From Candidatus Taylorbacteria bacterium RIFCSPLOWO2_01_FULL_45_15b (lineage in GTDB: Bacteria; Patescibacteriota; Minisyncoccia; Phycocordibacterales; 01-FULL-45-15b): 32,969 nucleotides of DNA. Positions within the stretch are counted from its first letter, which is position 1; every line of letters starts with the position of its first letter. The stretch lies in assembly GCA_001822655.1 (NCBI GenBank), contig MHRX01000010.1:4200-37168 (forward strand), given 5' to 3'. The translations under genes and the position numbers were made by a program. Under the pieces are notes generated by a model. It was not told the DNA's origin, did no database searches, and saw only the letters and a program-made list of their open reading frames with translations. Positions 24,967-32,217 of this stretch are shown here, in pieces.

Positions 24967-25098
24967 ATTGTGGCACATGCAGGGATGTTTCAACAGTATT
25001 TAAAACCGCTAGCTGGGGTCGCGAGTACTTACGTATTTTAGAGATTTTTATCTTTAAAATACTGCGGCGAGCAAGAAACCGATGCGACCATTTGTGAC

Positions 25099-25128
25099 CC
25101 GCGATCTGCCATGATCGTGGTTTTTTCT
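25099..25128 (+). terminator. rho-independent terminator ending a non-coding block downstream of tRNA-Glu
   Basis: CCGCGATC, loop TGCCAT, GATCGTGG (8 bp with one G-U pair), followed by TTTTTTCTT. Confidence 0.65.
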
Positions 25129-25142
25129 TGTCTAAAGTTATA

Positions 25143-25170
25143 TATTTCATACGATATATCGTATGAAATA
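25143..25170. repeat. 28-bp perfect palindrome TATTTCATACGATATATCGTATGAAATA
   Basis: Every position was checked. It shares the 14-bp core TACGATATATCGTA with 5707-5734. Confidence 0.9.
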
Positions 25171-25202
25171 CGTTATGATTCAAACGCATACGTTAATCAA
25201 AT

Positions 25203-25256
25203 TACATTATTCATCAACCTACATTATTCCCGCGGTCGCGTGAATAATGTAGGTTG
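25203..25256. repeat. TACATTATTC repeated twice direct and once inverted; 15-bp hairpin
   Basis: The direct copies are at 25203-25212 and 25220-25229, and the inverted copy GAATAATGTA is at 25242-25251. The arms CAACCTACATTATTC / GAATAATGTAGGTTG (25215-25256) enclose a 12-nt GC-rich loop. Confidence 0.8.
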
Positions 25257-25266
25257 CCAGTGAACT

Positions 25267-25288
25267 ACCCTGCGCACAAGCGCAGGGT
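25267..25288. repeat. 9-bp GC-rich hairpin
   Basis: ACCCTGCGC, loop ACAA, GCGCAGGGT. Confidence 0.7.
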
Positions 25289-25341
25289 GTTCTGGCGAGA
25301 AGTCATAAAAGTACACGGCGACGAGTAAAATATTCGTGGCC

Positions 25342-25356
25342 GGTTCCCTGTAGGTC
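25342..25356 (+). other. fragment resembling the 3' end of tRNA-Glu
   Basis: GGTTCCCTGTAGGTC compares with the tRNA's GGTTCAATTCCCTGTAGGGTC. The exact shared 11-mer TTCCCTGTAGG is at 24828-24838 and 25344-25354. Confidence 0.45.
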
Positions 25357-25424
25357 GTTTCCCAAAATACCAAGAAACTTTTTCAATCAGAATATCAAAT
25401 GTGATGCTGAAAATAACAAAATAT

Positions 25425-25456
25425 TTGACATATTATACACAGTGTGCTTATATAAT
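25425..25456 (+). promoter_or_regulatory. sigma70-like promoter candidate
   Basis: TTGACA (25425-25430), then a 17-18 nt spacer, then TTATATAAT (25448-25456). It lies about 30 nt upstream of the AAAGGA RBS and the ATG at 25486. Confidence 0.45.
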
Positions 25457-25485
25457 TTATAGAAGAACTTCACAAAGGAACTCAA

Positions 25486-25989
25486 ATGAAAAGATTGATC
25501 GTCGCAAGACACGTCCGCCCTGATCAGAATGGCCGAGTAAACTATTACGAAGGAATCAAATCCGTGGAGGAGCTCTGCGAAGCTATTCAACGTCAGTTTC
25601 AGAATCTCGGCCAGACGGTTATTCTCACTTCAACATTAAGCCGGGCCAGAGATACCGCAGAAATTCTCTCCAAAAAACTTGGGGCGGATGTTGGGGCACA
25701 TCCCGAGCTTAGTCATGACGCGCTGGAAATGCACGAGGAAAAGAAAAAAATTGCTGTTGCTTTGGTGATGAAAAGTGCCAAACAGTATGACACTGTCATT
25801 GTCGTAACTCACCATTCCTCAACTTGGTGTATTCCTCGAGAGATCGCCTTTATGTGGTATGAAAGCGACAGAGAGAAGTGGAATGTATTTAATGAGTGTG
25901 AACGCTTCACCATCGCCGAGTATGCGTGCGCAAATGTACTCGATATGGAAACAGGTAAAGCAATCGCAAATTTAGGATGGACAGGCTAG
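25486..25989 (+). CDS. histidine phosphatase superfamily protein (SixA/PGAM-like)
   Basis: 167 aa. LIVARHVRPD fits the RHG-type motif, STLSRARDTAEIL fits the SP..RA.QTA pattern, and VIVVTHHSS supplies the C-terminal His. The call is by pattern only. Confidence 0.45.
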   Translation: MKRLIVARHVRPDQNGRVNYYEGIKSVEELCEAIQRQFQNLGQTVILTSTLSRARDTAEILSKKLGADVGAHPELSHDALEMHEEKKKIAVALVMKSAKQYDTVIVVTHHSSTWCIPREIAFMWYESDREKWNVFNECERFTIAEYACANVLDMETGKAIANLGWTG

Positions 25990-26089
25990 CATATACGAAA
26001 TGATTTATAAGAACCTTCCCCCGATTCCCGTCCCGATCACGCAAAAAGAATTGAAAGTTGAATTGGTCCCATGACCAGCACCTCCGAAC

Positions 26090-26113
26090 CCGTCATACGA
26101 ATGACGGTTTTTT
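26090..26113 (+). terminator. rho-independent terminator
   Basis: CCGTCAT, loop ACGA, ATGACGG, followed by TTTTTT. Confidence 0.75.
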
Positions 26114-26219
26114 AATACCTAATAAGGTTTTGGGGAAACGTTGTGTAAATAATCCATCCGTCAATCGTCTATAAGGAAGACATTGAAATAATGTTGATTT
26201 TGACCTATAATGCTCCTTC

Positions 26220-27794
26220 GTGTCTAAAAAAAACGATTTAAATGAAAAATATTTAGTGCCAGTAATGACGAGAGGCGAGAGGCTCCGTTATTTTTTGCTT
26301 GTCGGCATGTGGCTTTTTTGCCTCATCTATTTCTGGACGTGGTGGCTTCAAAAAGACCACGTATTTCAGATCTCAACCTTTCTTATTAGCAGTCTGATTA
26401 TTGCTTGGTCTACCGTAATTCCTGGATATTTTTTCTATTTTGTCGGACGAATGTCGCGCTTCAATCCCGAAATCCCGATTCCGAATCTAAAAGTCGCAAT
26501 GGTTGTTACCAAAGCTCCCTCGGAACCATTTTCAATAGTCGAAAAAACACTCCGCGCGATGCTCTCTCAAAAGCATCCGCACGACACATGGCTCGCGGAT
26601 GAGGACCCAAGCGAAGAAACCACGAAATGGTGCGCGAATAACGGCGTCTATCTTTCCACCCGAAAAGGAGTGCATGGCTATCACCGACACACTTGGCCAC
26701 GACGCACACGTTCGAAAGAGGGGAATCTTGCGTATTTTTATGATACCTACGGATATGAAAAATATGACATAGTCGTACAAATGGATGCCGATCACATTCC
26801 GACCGGGAATTATCTTGAAGAAATGATCCGACCATTTGCTGATCCCAAAGTCGGTTATGTTTCGGCTCCGAGCATCTGCTCCGCAAATGCGAGCGGGAGC
26901 TGGTCTGCGCGGGGACGACTGCATGCGGAGGCCATTATGCACGGACCCCTTCAGGCGGGACACTCGCGGAACTTTGCTCCGCTTTGCATAGGTTCGCACT
27001 ACGCGGTACGAACAAAAGCACTAAAGGAAATCGGCGGCGTTGGCCCGGAGCTAGCGGAAGATCACTCCACGACCCTTATGATGAACGCGCATGGCTGGAG
27101 AGGAATCCACGCATATGACGCATTTGCGGTAGGGGACGGACCTCTTACGTTTGCCGATTGCATGACTCAAGAATTCCAGTGGTCGAGAAGTCTCATGATC
27201 ATTCTCTGCGTGTGGCTTCCCAAGTATTGGCGGCGGTTGCCCCTCCGGCTCAAATTTCAGTTTCTTTTTTCGGAATTGTGGTACCCGTTGTTTTCATTCA
27301 CGATGCTCCTCGGTCTCTCGCTTCCCGTGGCGGCAATTCTCCTGCGGAATCCTCTCGTTTCTGTCACATACACGGATTTTCTGCTCCACGCCATACCCAT
27401 AAGCGCCTCGATTCTCGCTGTGGTCGCATTTCTAAAAAATCACCGCTACTTGCGACCCACCAACGCGCCAATGCTTTCATGGGAATCTGTCCTTTTTGTG
27501 CTTGCACGGTGGCCGTGGTCCTTATATGGTTCGTTCGCAGGACTCTTCTACAGCGTCTTTAAAAAAGTTCCGCATTTTCGAGTAACACCAAAAGGGAAAA
27601 GCGAGTCGTATGTACCCTACAGAGTACTGACTCCTTATCTTGCTATAATCGCTTTATCGCTCATTCCGGTTCTTATCCGGACTGACGCCGGAAATGCGAA
27701 CGGGTATTTCTTCTTTTTATTTTTGAATGTATTTTTCTATGCAATACTCGTAAGCGCCGTATTTATTTTACATAGAAGAGAGACAGCTAAATAA
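26220..27794 (+). CDS. membrane-embedded family 2 processive beta-glycosyltransferase (cellulose synthase-like)
   Basis: 524 aa with 2 N-terminal and about 5-6 C-terminal TM segments. The motifs LADEDP, SKEGNL (K.GN), QMDADH (DxD), AEDHSTT (TED) and QEFQW (at the QxxRW position, nt 27168-27182) are present. There is no PilZ domain. Confidence 0.8.
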   Translation: MSKKNDLNEKYLVPVMTRGERLRYFLLVGMWLFCLIYFWTWWLQKDHVFQISTFLISSLIIAWSTVIPGYFFYFVGRMSRFNPEIPIPNLKVAMVVTKAPSEPFSIVEKTLRAMLSQKHPHDTWLADEDPSEETTKWCANNGVYLSTRKGVHGYHRHTWPRRTRSKEGNLAYFYDTYGYEKYDIVVQMDADHIPTGNYLEEMIRPFADPKVGYVSAPSICSANASGSWSARGRLHAEAIMHGPLQAGHSRNFAPLCIGSHYAVRTKALKEIGGVGPELAEDHSTTLMMNAHGWRGIHAYDAFAVGDGPLTFADCMTQEFQWSRSLMIILCVWLPKYWRRLPLRLKFQFLFSELWYPLFSFTMLLGLSLPVAAILLRNPLVSVTYTDFLLHAIPISASILAVVAFLKNHRYLRPTNAPMLSWESVLFVLARWPWSLYGSFAGLFYSVFKKVPHFRVTPKGKSESYVPYRVLTPYLAIIALSLIPVLIRTDAGNANGYFFFLFLNVFFYAILVSAVFILHRRETAK

Positions 27795-27801
27795 TTAATG
27801 C

Positions 27802-28785
27802 ATGAAACGAATCCTAGAAATAATCCTTATTGCGTTGCTTATTGCAGTACCATTATTTATTGCTGCGAAAGATGGCAGACGTGCAATAACAAGCCTCCTG
27901 TGGCAACCGGAGGTGGCCACAAAAACCATACCGCACATTCCTGAAGAAGGAAGTATCGCCCTTCAATTTGGCATTTATGATCCCAAAACAGAACTCTCGA
28001 CCTCAAGCGCTTTCGAGATTGAACAGATTTTTATCTCCTGGATTGACTATGATAAATCGGACCTGCGGGCGGGCTTGCAAAACATCAATCAAAGAAATCG
28101 AATTCCATTTGTGACGATAGAACCGTGGCCGCGCGCTCTGAAAAAAGAAACACTGCTTGCGGATATTACCGGAGGAGAATACGATGAAACCATTTTGGAA
28201 TTTTGCAAAATACTAGAATCAACGAGTGAGGAGATCTTTGTTTCGTGGGGACATGAAATGGATCAGGATTTAGCGGCGCGATACCCATGGTCCAACCAAG
28301 AACCAGGCTCATTTATAACGGCGTATGCGTACGTCCACGACAAATGCTCTACCGCTCCCCATGTAAAATGGGTATGGGGACCCGTCATGAAGGACACGAC
28401 AACCGCATATTATCCCGGCGAAATATATGTAGACGTAGTCGGTTTCCCGATTTATAGTTTCCCTCAATACGATAGGCAAACTATTGGAAGAATCCGTCCG
28501 TTCGAGGAGGTCATGAATGAAAAATATGAGCGCGCAAAAAAATACGGTAAACCGGTCATGATTACAGAAATGGGAGTTACAGGGTCGCTTGAATTTCAAC
28601 AATTGTGGCTTCAAAACGCCGTCGAGAGTTTGGCGCAAAACAAATGGCCGCTTCTTACGACTATTATTTTCTTTAATAGCGTCGATACTGGAGGCGCATG
28701 GGGAGCCAATTTACCAACCCCAAACTGGCATATCAATCCCGAATTTTTAGACGGATTTCTTTCGTACTATAAGAAGAACGAATAA
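27802..28785 (+). CDS. membrane-anchored glycoside hydrolase, clan GH-A (GH26/GH5-like)
   Basis: 327 aa with an N-terminal TM anchor. WGHEMD is the candidate acid/base motif and MITEMG the candidate nucleophile motif, about 110 aa apart. The gene starts 8 nt after the GT2 gene. Confidence 0.55.
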   Translation: MKRILEIILIALLIAVPLFIAAKDGRRAITSLLWQPEVATKTIPHIPEEGSIALQFGIYDPKTELSTSSAFEIEQIFISWIDYDKSDLRAGLQNINQRNRIPFVTIEPWPRALKKETLLADITGGEYDETILEFCKILESTSEEIFVSWGHEMDQDLAARYPWSNQEPGSFITAYAYVHDKCSTAPHVKWVWGPVMKDTTTAYYPGEIYVDVVGFPIYSFPQYDRQTIGRIRPFEEVMNEKYERAKKYGKPVMITEMGVTGSLEFQQLWLQNAVESLAQNKWPLLTTIIFFNSVDTGGAWGANLPTPNWHINPEFLDGFLSYYKKNE

Positions 28786-28807
28786 TCCTAATATCATCTT
28801 CGATTAA

Positions 28808-28832
28808 CAAAAAAGAGCTCGAACGAGCTCTT
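28808..28832 (-). terminator. rho-independent terminator for the 392-aa minus-strand ORF
   Basis: On the minus strand: AAGAGCTCG TT CGAGCTCTT, followed by TTTTTT. Confidence 0.65.
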
Positions 28833-28851
28833 GAAAACCTGCCCACGACTT

Positions 28852-30030
28852 TCAAAACCTTATAGGCCGATACCCAAACTGGCTACTCGCGCGTACCGCC
28901 CACCTGTTGTCATATGGTGCAACAATAAGCGTCGAGCGAAGCTGACTTGGATTCGGCATTCGTAATAGCCAGCTCGTGTCAATATACAAGCGTCCCTCAT
29001 ATTCTCTAAAGACGCTGTAATTTGGTGGTGTCGCCATCAACACGCCCTCCTTTGTCCACGGCCTGTCTTGAAAAACCTCGTAAAGGATCAGAGCGGGCTG
29101 ACTGTCGTCATTTTCGCTCCGTGCAAACTGAACAAACGGCAGCCAGTGTATCCATTCTCCAATTTTCTCCCCATTCGCGAGAATAAATCCCACATGCTTT
29201 AGATCAGACTGAATGGACGAGAGATAGAGCACGCGAGATGGACCACCTGGCTTTCCATAGTGGAGCAACTCCTGCCTTCCCTCAGGGCTCATATCGTGCT
29301 CACCGAGAAGCCCGCTACCGGCAAAGTTTTCTTCATAGCCCGCCTTGCCGGCATCTCCAAGAAAAGTGACAAATCGTCTCATGCTCTTCACGCCATCAAT
29401 TCCATGAAACGTTAAACGAGTACCATTCAGGCGTACATACTCCAGGTCCACAACTTTTGGACGAGCATTTGGAAGCTTGAGGATACGATTTCCGGCCGCG
29501 CATGAAACAATAAGTTCCTGCGTAATGTAGTTCACAATAACGGCAAAAATCGGCACACCTCTTCGCACACAGCTAATGGCCGAGGTTGCGCCAGTGATCG
29601 AAACAGGGAAATCGAATTTCTCTTCCCATTTCTTTACCGATTCTGTGTCTCCAAGTATTTCTCCAATCTTCGCATTTCGTGGAAAACTGTTCAGAAACTC
29701 TTTCAGTTGGTTTGACCGGTCCGTCGGATCGCAAATGAAGACCGTACGAAACGTTTGCGGATCATTCGGCCGAAATGTGTCGCTGACTTGCTTTCCTCGT
29801 GACCCAATTTCCTCAGTTACAACAACCGCTCCCGCATCATACCGACCCAATTCTTCGCAAATCGTGATTTCCGGACCCGCATCCATACCGAGAGTGTCTT
29901 TCGTCTTTTTGCTGCCATAGGCGGCAACGGGTCGAAGAGCATCGTCAACGGTCGAATGTCGAAAGTCATAGTACGCTTTTAGCGCCGCCGATATAGCCAC
30001 GTTCAGATGTGATATTTCTACTCCTTGCAT
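28852..30030 (-). CDS. IMPase/FBPase-fold (FIG superfamily)-like protein with a divergent C-terminal half
   Basis: 392 aa. KKTKDTLGMDAGPEITICEELGRYDAGAVVVTEEIG aligns by eye with the SuhB region KGSNDFVTNVDKAAE...IITEESG. FICDPTDRSNQL aligns with WVIDPLDGTTNF. I cannot place the C-terminal 200 aa. Confidence 0.4.
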   Translation of the reverse strand: MQGVEISHLNVAISAALKAYYDFRHSTVDDALRPVAAYGSKKTKDTLGMDAGPEITICEELGRYDAGAVVVTEEIGSRGKQVSDTFRPNDPQTFRTVFICDPTDRSNQLKEFLNSFPRNAKIGEILGDTESVKKWEEKFDFPVSITGATSAISCVRRGVPIFAVIVNYITQELIVSCAAGNRILKLPNARPKVVDLEYVRLNGTRLTFHGIDGVKSMRRFVTFLGDAGKAGYEENFAGSGLLGEHDMSPEGRQELLHYGKPGGPSRVLYLSSIQSDLKHVGFILANGEKIGEWIHWLPFVQFARSENDDSQPALILYEVFQDRPWTKEGVLMATPPNYSVFREYEGRLYIDTSWLLRMPNPSQLRSTLIVAPYDNRWAVRASSQFGYRPIRF

Positions 30031-30191
30031 ATGTTTCCTTTCAAGTAACTCCCTAGATTGTTCTCCTGGGAACGTTTTTTCTTTCCTGACATTATTCCTG
30101 TATCCCTAGTCTGTCAATCGAAGGCTTGGCAAGATTTGTCAAAAATGCTATCTTAGGGCTTTAGACAAGTCTCTACAGTAAAATACCATTA

Positions 30192-31427
30192 GTGGGGACT
30201 TCTTTAATCTCCCGCTCTTTGAAAAAGATAAACAAACCGGCTGACACCGGATTTTTTGTCTCAAAACCTCAAACGAAAGGACCTATGCGACCGCGATTAG
30301 AGTTCGAATTACTGGATCAAATTTCGCTCGGTGAAAATATTTGGGTATTCGCCATCACGGGCGGCCCCTGCAGTGGAAAAACAAGCGGCCTCGCGTATCT
30401 CGAGGAGAAGCTGACAGCTCGGGGATACAAAGTTCTCATCGTCCCTGAATCGGCCACAAAACTGATATCGGGCGGCATCTTGCCCTGGGAGATGGCCACC
30501 AGTCAATTCCAGCGAGGAATATTGGTTGATACGCTCGCTGTAGAGCAAGTATTTTTCGAAGCAGCACGCTACTACAGAAATCATGGGAAAAAAGTAATAG
30601 TGCTGTGCGACAGAGGGACCAAAGACGGCGAAGCGTACATGGGGAAAGACCCATACGCTCGACTATTAAAATCCTTCGACTACTCTGAAAACGAGCTCTG
30701 CGATCAGCGGTATCACGCCGTATTTCACCTTCGCACCGCAGCAATAGGCGCGGAGAAATTCTTTACACTGGAAAACAATAAGGCGCGAAAAGAGACACTC
30801 GAGGAAGCGCGAGCACTCGACGAGCGAACGCTCGAAGCGTGGCAGAGACACCCGCATCCGCGCGTGATCGACAACAGCACGGACTTTGCCGGAAAAATGC
30901 ACCGGCTGTTCGCAGAAATCTCGGCCGTCCTTGGCGACCCAGTCCCGCTGGAGATCGAGGACAAGTTCCTGATCCTGAAAATTCGTCCAGAGGATATTAT
31001 CGTCCCGTTCCACACGGCGCACATCATCCAGAACTATCTCGTCTCACCGCAAAAAGGGGATGAGTACAGAGTGCGCGCACGAAGTGACGGGGAAGGTACG
31101 ACATACTTCTATACGGTGAAAACAGAAATCGAGCCGGGCGTCCGGGCTGAAAAAGAGCGACTGGTTGATTCGCGAGAATACCACTCGCTTCTCTCGCTTC
31201 GCGATCCCGAGTGTGTTGAGATCCGCAAGAAGAGAATTTCTTTCTTCTGGCGGGATCAATACTACGAAGTTGATCTCTTCGAGTCCCCGGATCCGACCCT
31301 CACTCTAATGGAGGCGGAGAGAACGGACCGAAACTCCAGTCTTCAGACACCGCCCTTTATTCCGGTAATACGCAATGTGACAGGGAGTAAAGAATACTCA
31401 AATAAGGAAATTGCACGAAAAAAATAG
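30192..31427 (+). CDS. P-loop NTPase (AAA_28 / NadR-like) fused to a CYTH (triphosphate tunnel) domain
   Basis: The Walker A motif is ITGGPCSGKTSG and a Walker-B-like motif is VIVLCDRG. The C-terminal CYTH signature is LEIEDKFLI (ExExK), IIQNYL, YRVRARSDG..TYFYTVK, RAEKE, KKRISFF...YEVDLF and LMEAE. The start may be the internal ATG at 30285, preceded by AAAGGA. Confidence 0.7.
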   Translation: MGTSLISRSLKKINKPADTGFFVSKPQTKGPMRPRLEFELLDQISLGENIWVFAITGGPCSGKTSGLAYLEEKLTARGYKVLIVPESATKLISGGILPWEMATSQFQRGILVDTLAVEQVFFEAARYYRNHGKKVIVLCDRGTKDGEAYMGKDPYARLLKSFDYSENELCDQRYHAVFHLRTAAIGAEKFFTLENNKARKETLEEARALDERTLEAWQRHPHPRVIDNSTDFAGKMHRLFAEISAVLGDPVPLEIEDKFLILKIRPEDIIVPFHTAHIIQNYLVSPQKGDEYRVRARSDGEGTTYFYTVKTEIEPGVRAEKERLVDSREYHSLLSLRDPECVEIRKKRISFFWRDQYYEVDLFESPDPTLTLMEAERTDRNSSLQTPPFIPVIRNVTGSKEYSNKEIARKK

Positions 31428-31442
31428 GCACTTACTATATCT

Positions 31443-31475
31443 AATCCCGTCAGGCAATACTGATGGGATTTTTTG
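31443..31475 (+). terminator. rho-independent terminator
   Basis: An 11-bp stem AATCCCGTCAG / CTGATGGGATT (one G-U pair) with loop GCAATA, followed by a T-run. Confidence 0.7.
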
Positions 31476-31530
31476 TTGGCGCAACGCAACCTCTCCGCCT
31501 CCGTTTGATAAAAAATATTAAATTATTAAA

Positions 31531-31553
31531 AAATACTTGATCAAATACTTGAT
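31531..31553. repeat. direct repeat AAATACTTGAT x2
   Basis: The copies are at 31531-31541 and 31543-31553, separated by a single C, in an AT-rich tract. Confidence 0.8.
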
Positions 31554-31559
31554 TTAAAT

Positions 31560-31599
31560 CACATACTATAACTCCGCTATAGCGGAGTTATAGTATGTG
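31560..31599. repeat. 40-bp perfect palindrome
   Basis: CACATACTATAACTCCGCTATAGCGGAGTTATAGTATGTG is fully self-complementary, with 18-bp arms around TATA. Confidence 0.9.
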
Positions 31600-31605
31600 A
31601 ATGTT

Positions 31606-31637
31606 AAAAAAAATCGCCGCACGTTATGGTGCGGCGA
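31606..31637 (-). terminator. rho-independent terminator overlapping the end of the 162-aa ORF
   Basis: On the minus strand: TCGCCGCAC, loop CATAAC, GTGCGGCGA, followed by T8 (plus-strand A-run 31606-31613). Confidence 0.6.
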
Positions 31638-32112
31638 CAGTAGTTTTTCTCGACGAGGCTATGCCATCGTTCAAGACCGCGGCAATGGCGCGGCCGAAAA
31701 CAAATAAATTTCTTTTGGTGAGATTCTGCGGTCTAAACAAGAAAGCCTTTCTGCTTCGCTTATCGAGACGCATCGTAAGATCAATAAATACCACGTGCGA
31801 TCGGACTCTAAAAAACGCATCAGCTCCGTGAAATCGGTCGAGCGCTGTCCCTATACTGCAGTAGAGCATGAGATCCTCCGCGTCAATTTCGTCGAGGTGC
31901 GCTTTGACAGACGCAAACAGACGGCGGGCGATTATTGTCGAAGGGGCCTTAGGGTCCCAGCGCCGTTCGTCTTGACGGCGCGCCGCGTCAGTAATTGCCA
32001 ACGCGAGATCAAGATAGTCGGGAGTGTCAAAATTGGAAGCGCAACACCCAAAAACCCTCTTTTCCCAAAACATGCCCGCCGAAAAAACTAACGGATTTCG
32101 TTCAAGGTACAT
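31624..32112 (-). CDS. hypothetical protein
   Basis: A 162-aa ORF. It is the longest ORF here, and a terminator sits at its 3' end. No motif recognised. Confidence 0.45.
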   Translation of the reverse strand: MYLERNPLVFSAGMFWEKRVFGCCASNFDTPDYLDLALAITDAARRQDERRWDPKAPSTIIARRLFASVKAHLDEIDAEDLMLYCSIGTALDRFHGADAFFRVRSHVVFIDLTMRLDKRSRKAFLFRPQNLTKRNLFVFGRAIAAVLNDGIASSRKTTVAAP

Positions 32113-32193
32113 TCGGATATATTCATATCACTAAAGCAACCAATCGGTCAAACGATAAAATCGGAGACCTTCGGCATCTGTATAAAAAGTTTT

Positions 32194-32217
32194 GGCCTCC
32201 GCAAAAATGCGGAGGCC
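32194..32217 (-). promoter_or_regulatory. terminator-like hairpin in the leader of the 162-aa ORF
   Basis: A 9-bp stem GGCCTCCGC / GCGGAGGCC. On the minus strand it is followed by AAAACTTTTTA, and it lies about 80 nt upstream of the ATG at 32112. Confidence 0.35.

Noticed and set aside
24965-25189. A 74-aa minus-strand ORF in the tRNA-downstream region.
   Set aside because: It spans the terminator hairpin and the 28-bp palindrome, has no RBS, and is basic and low-complexity. The region is better treated as non-coding.
31601-31831. A 76-aa plus-strand ORF overlapping the 3' end of the 162-aa minus-strand ORF.
   Set aside because: It is shorter than the opposite-strand ORF. It begins inside the A-run and hairpin that serve as the minus-strand terminator, and it has no terminator of its own.
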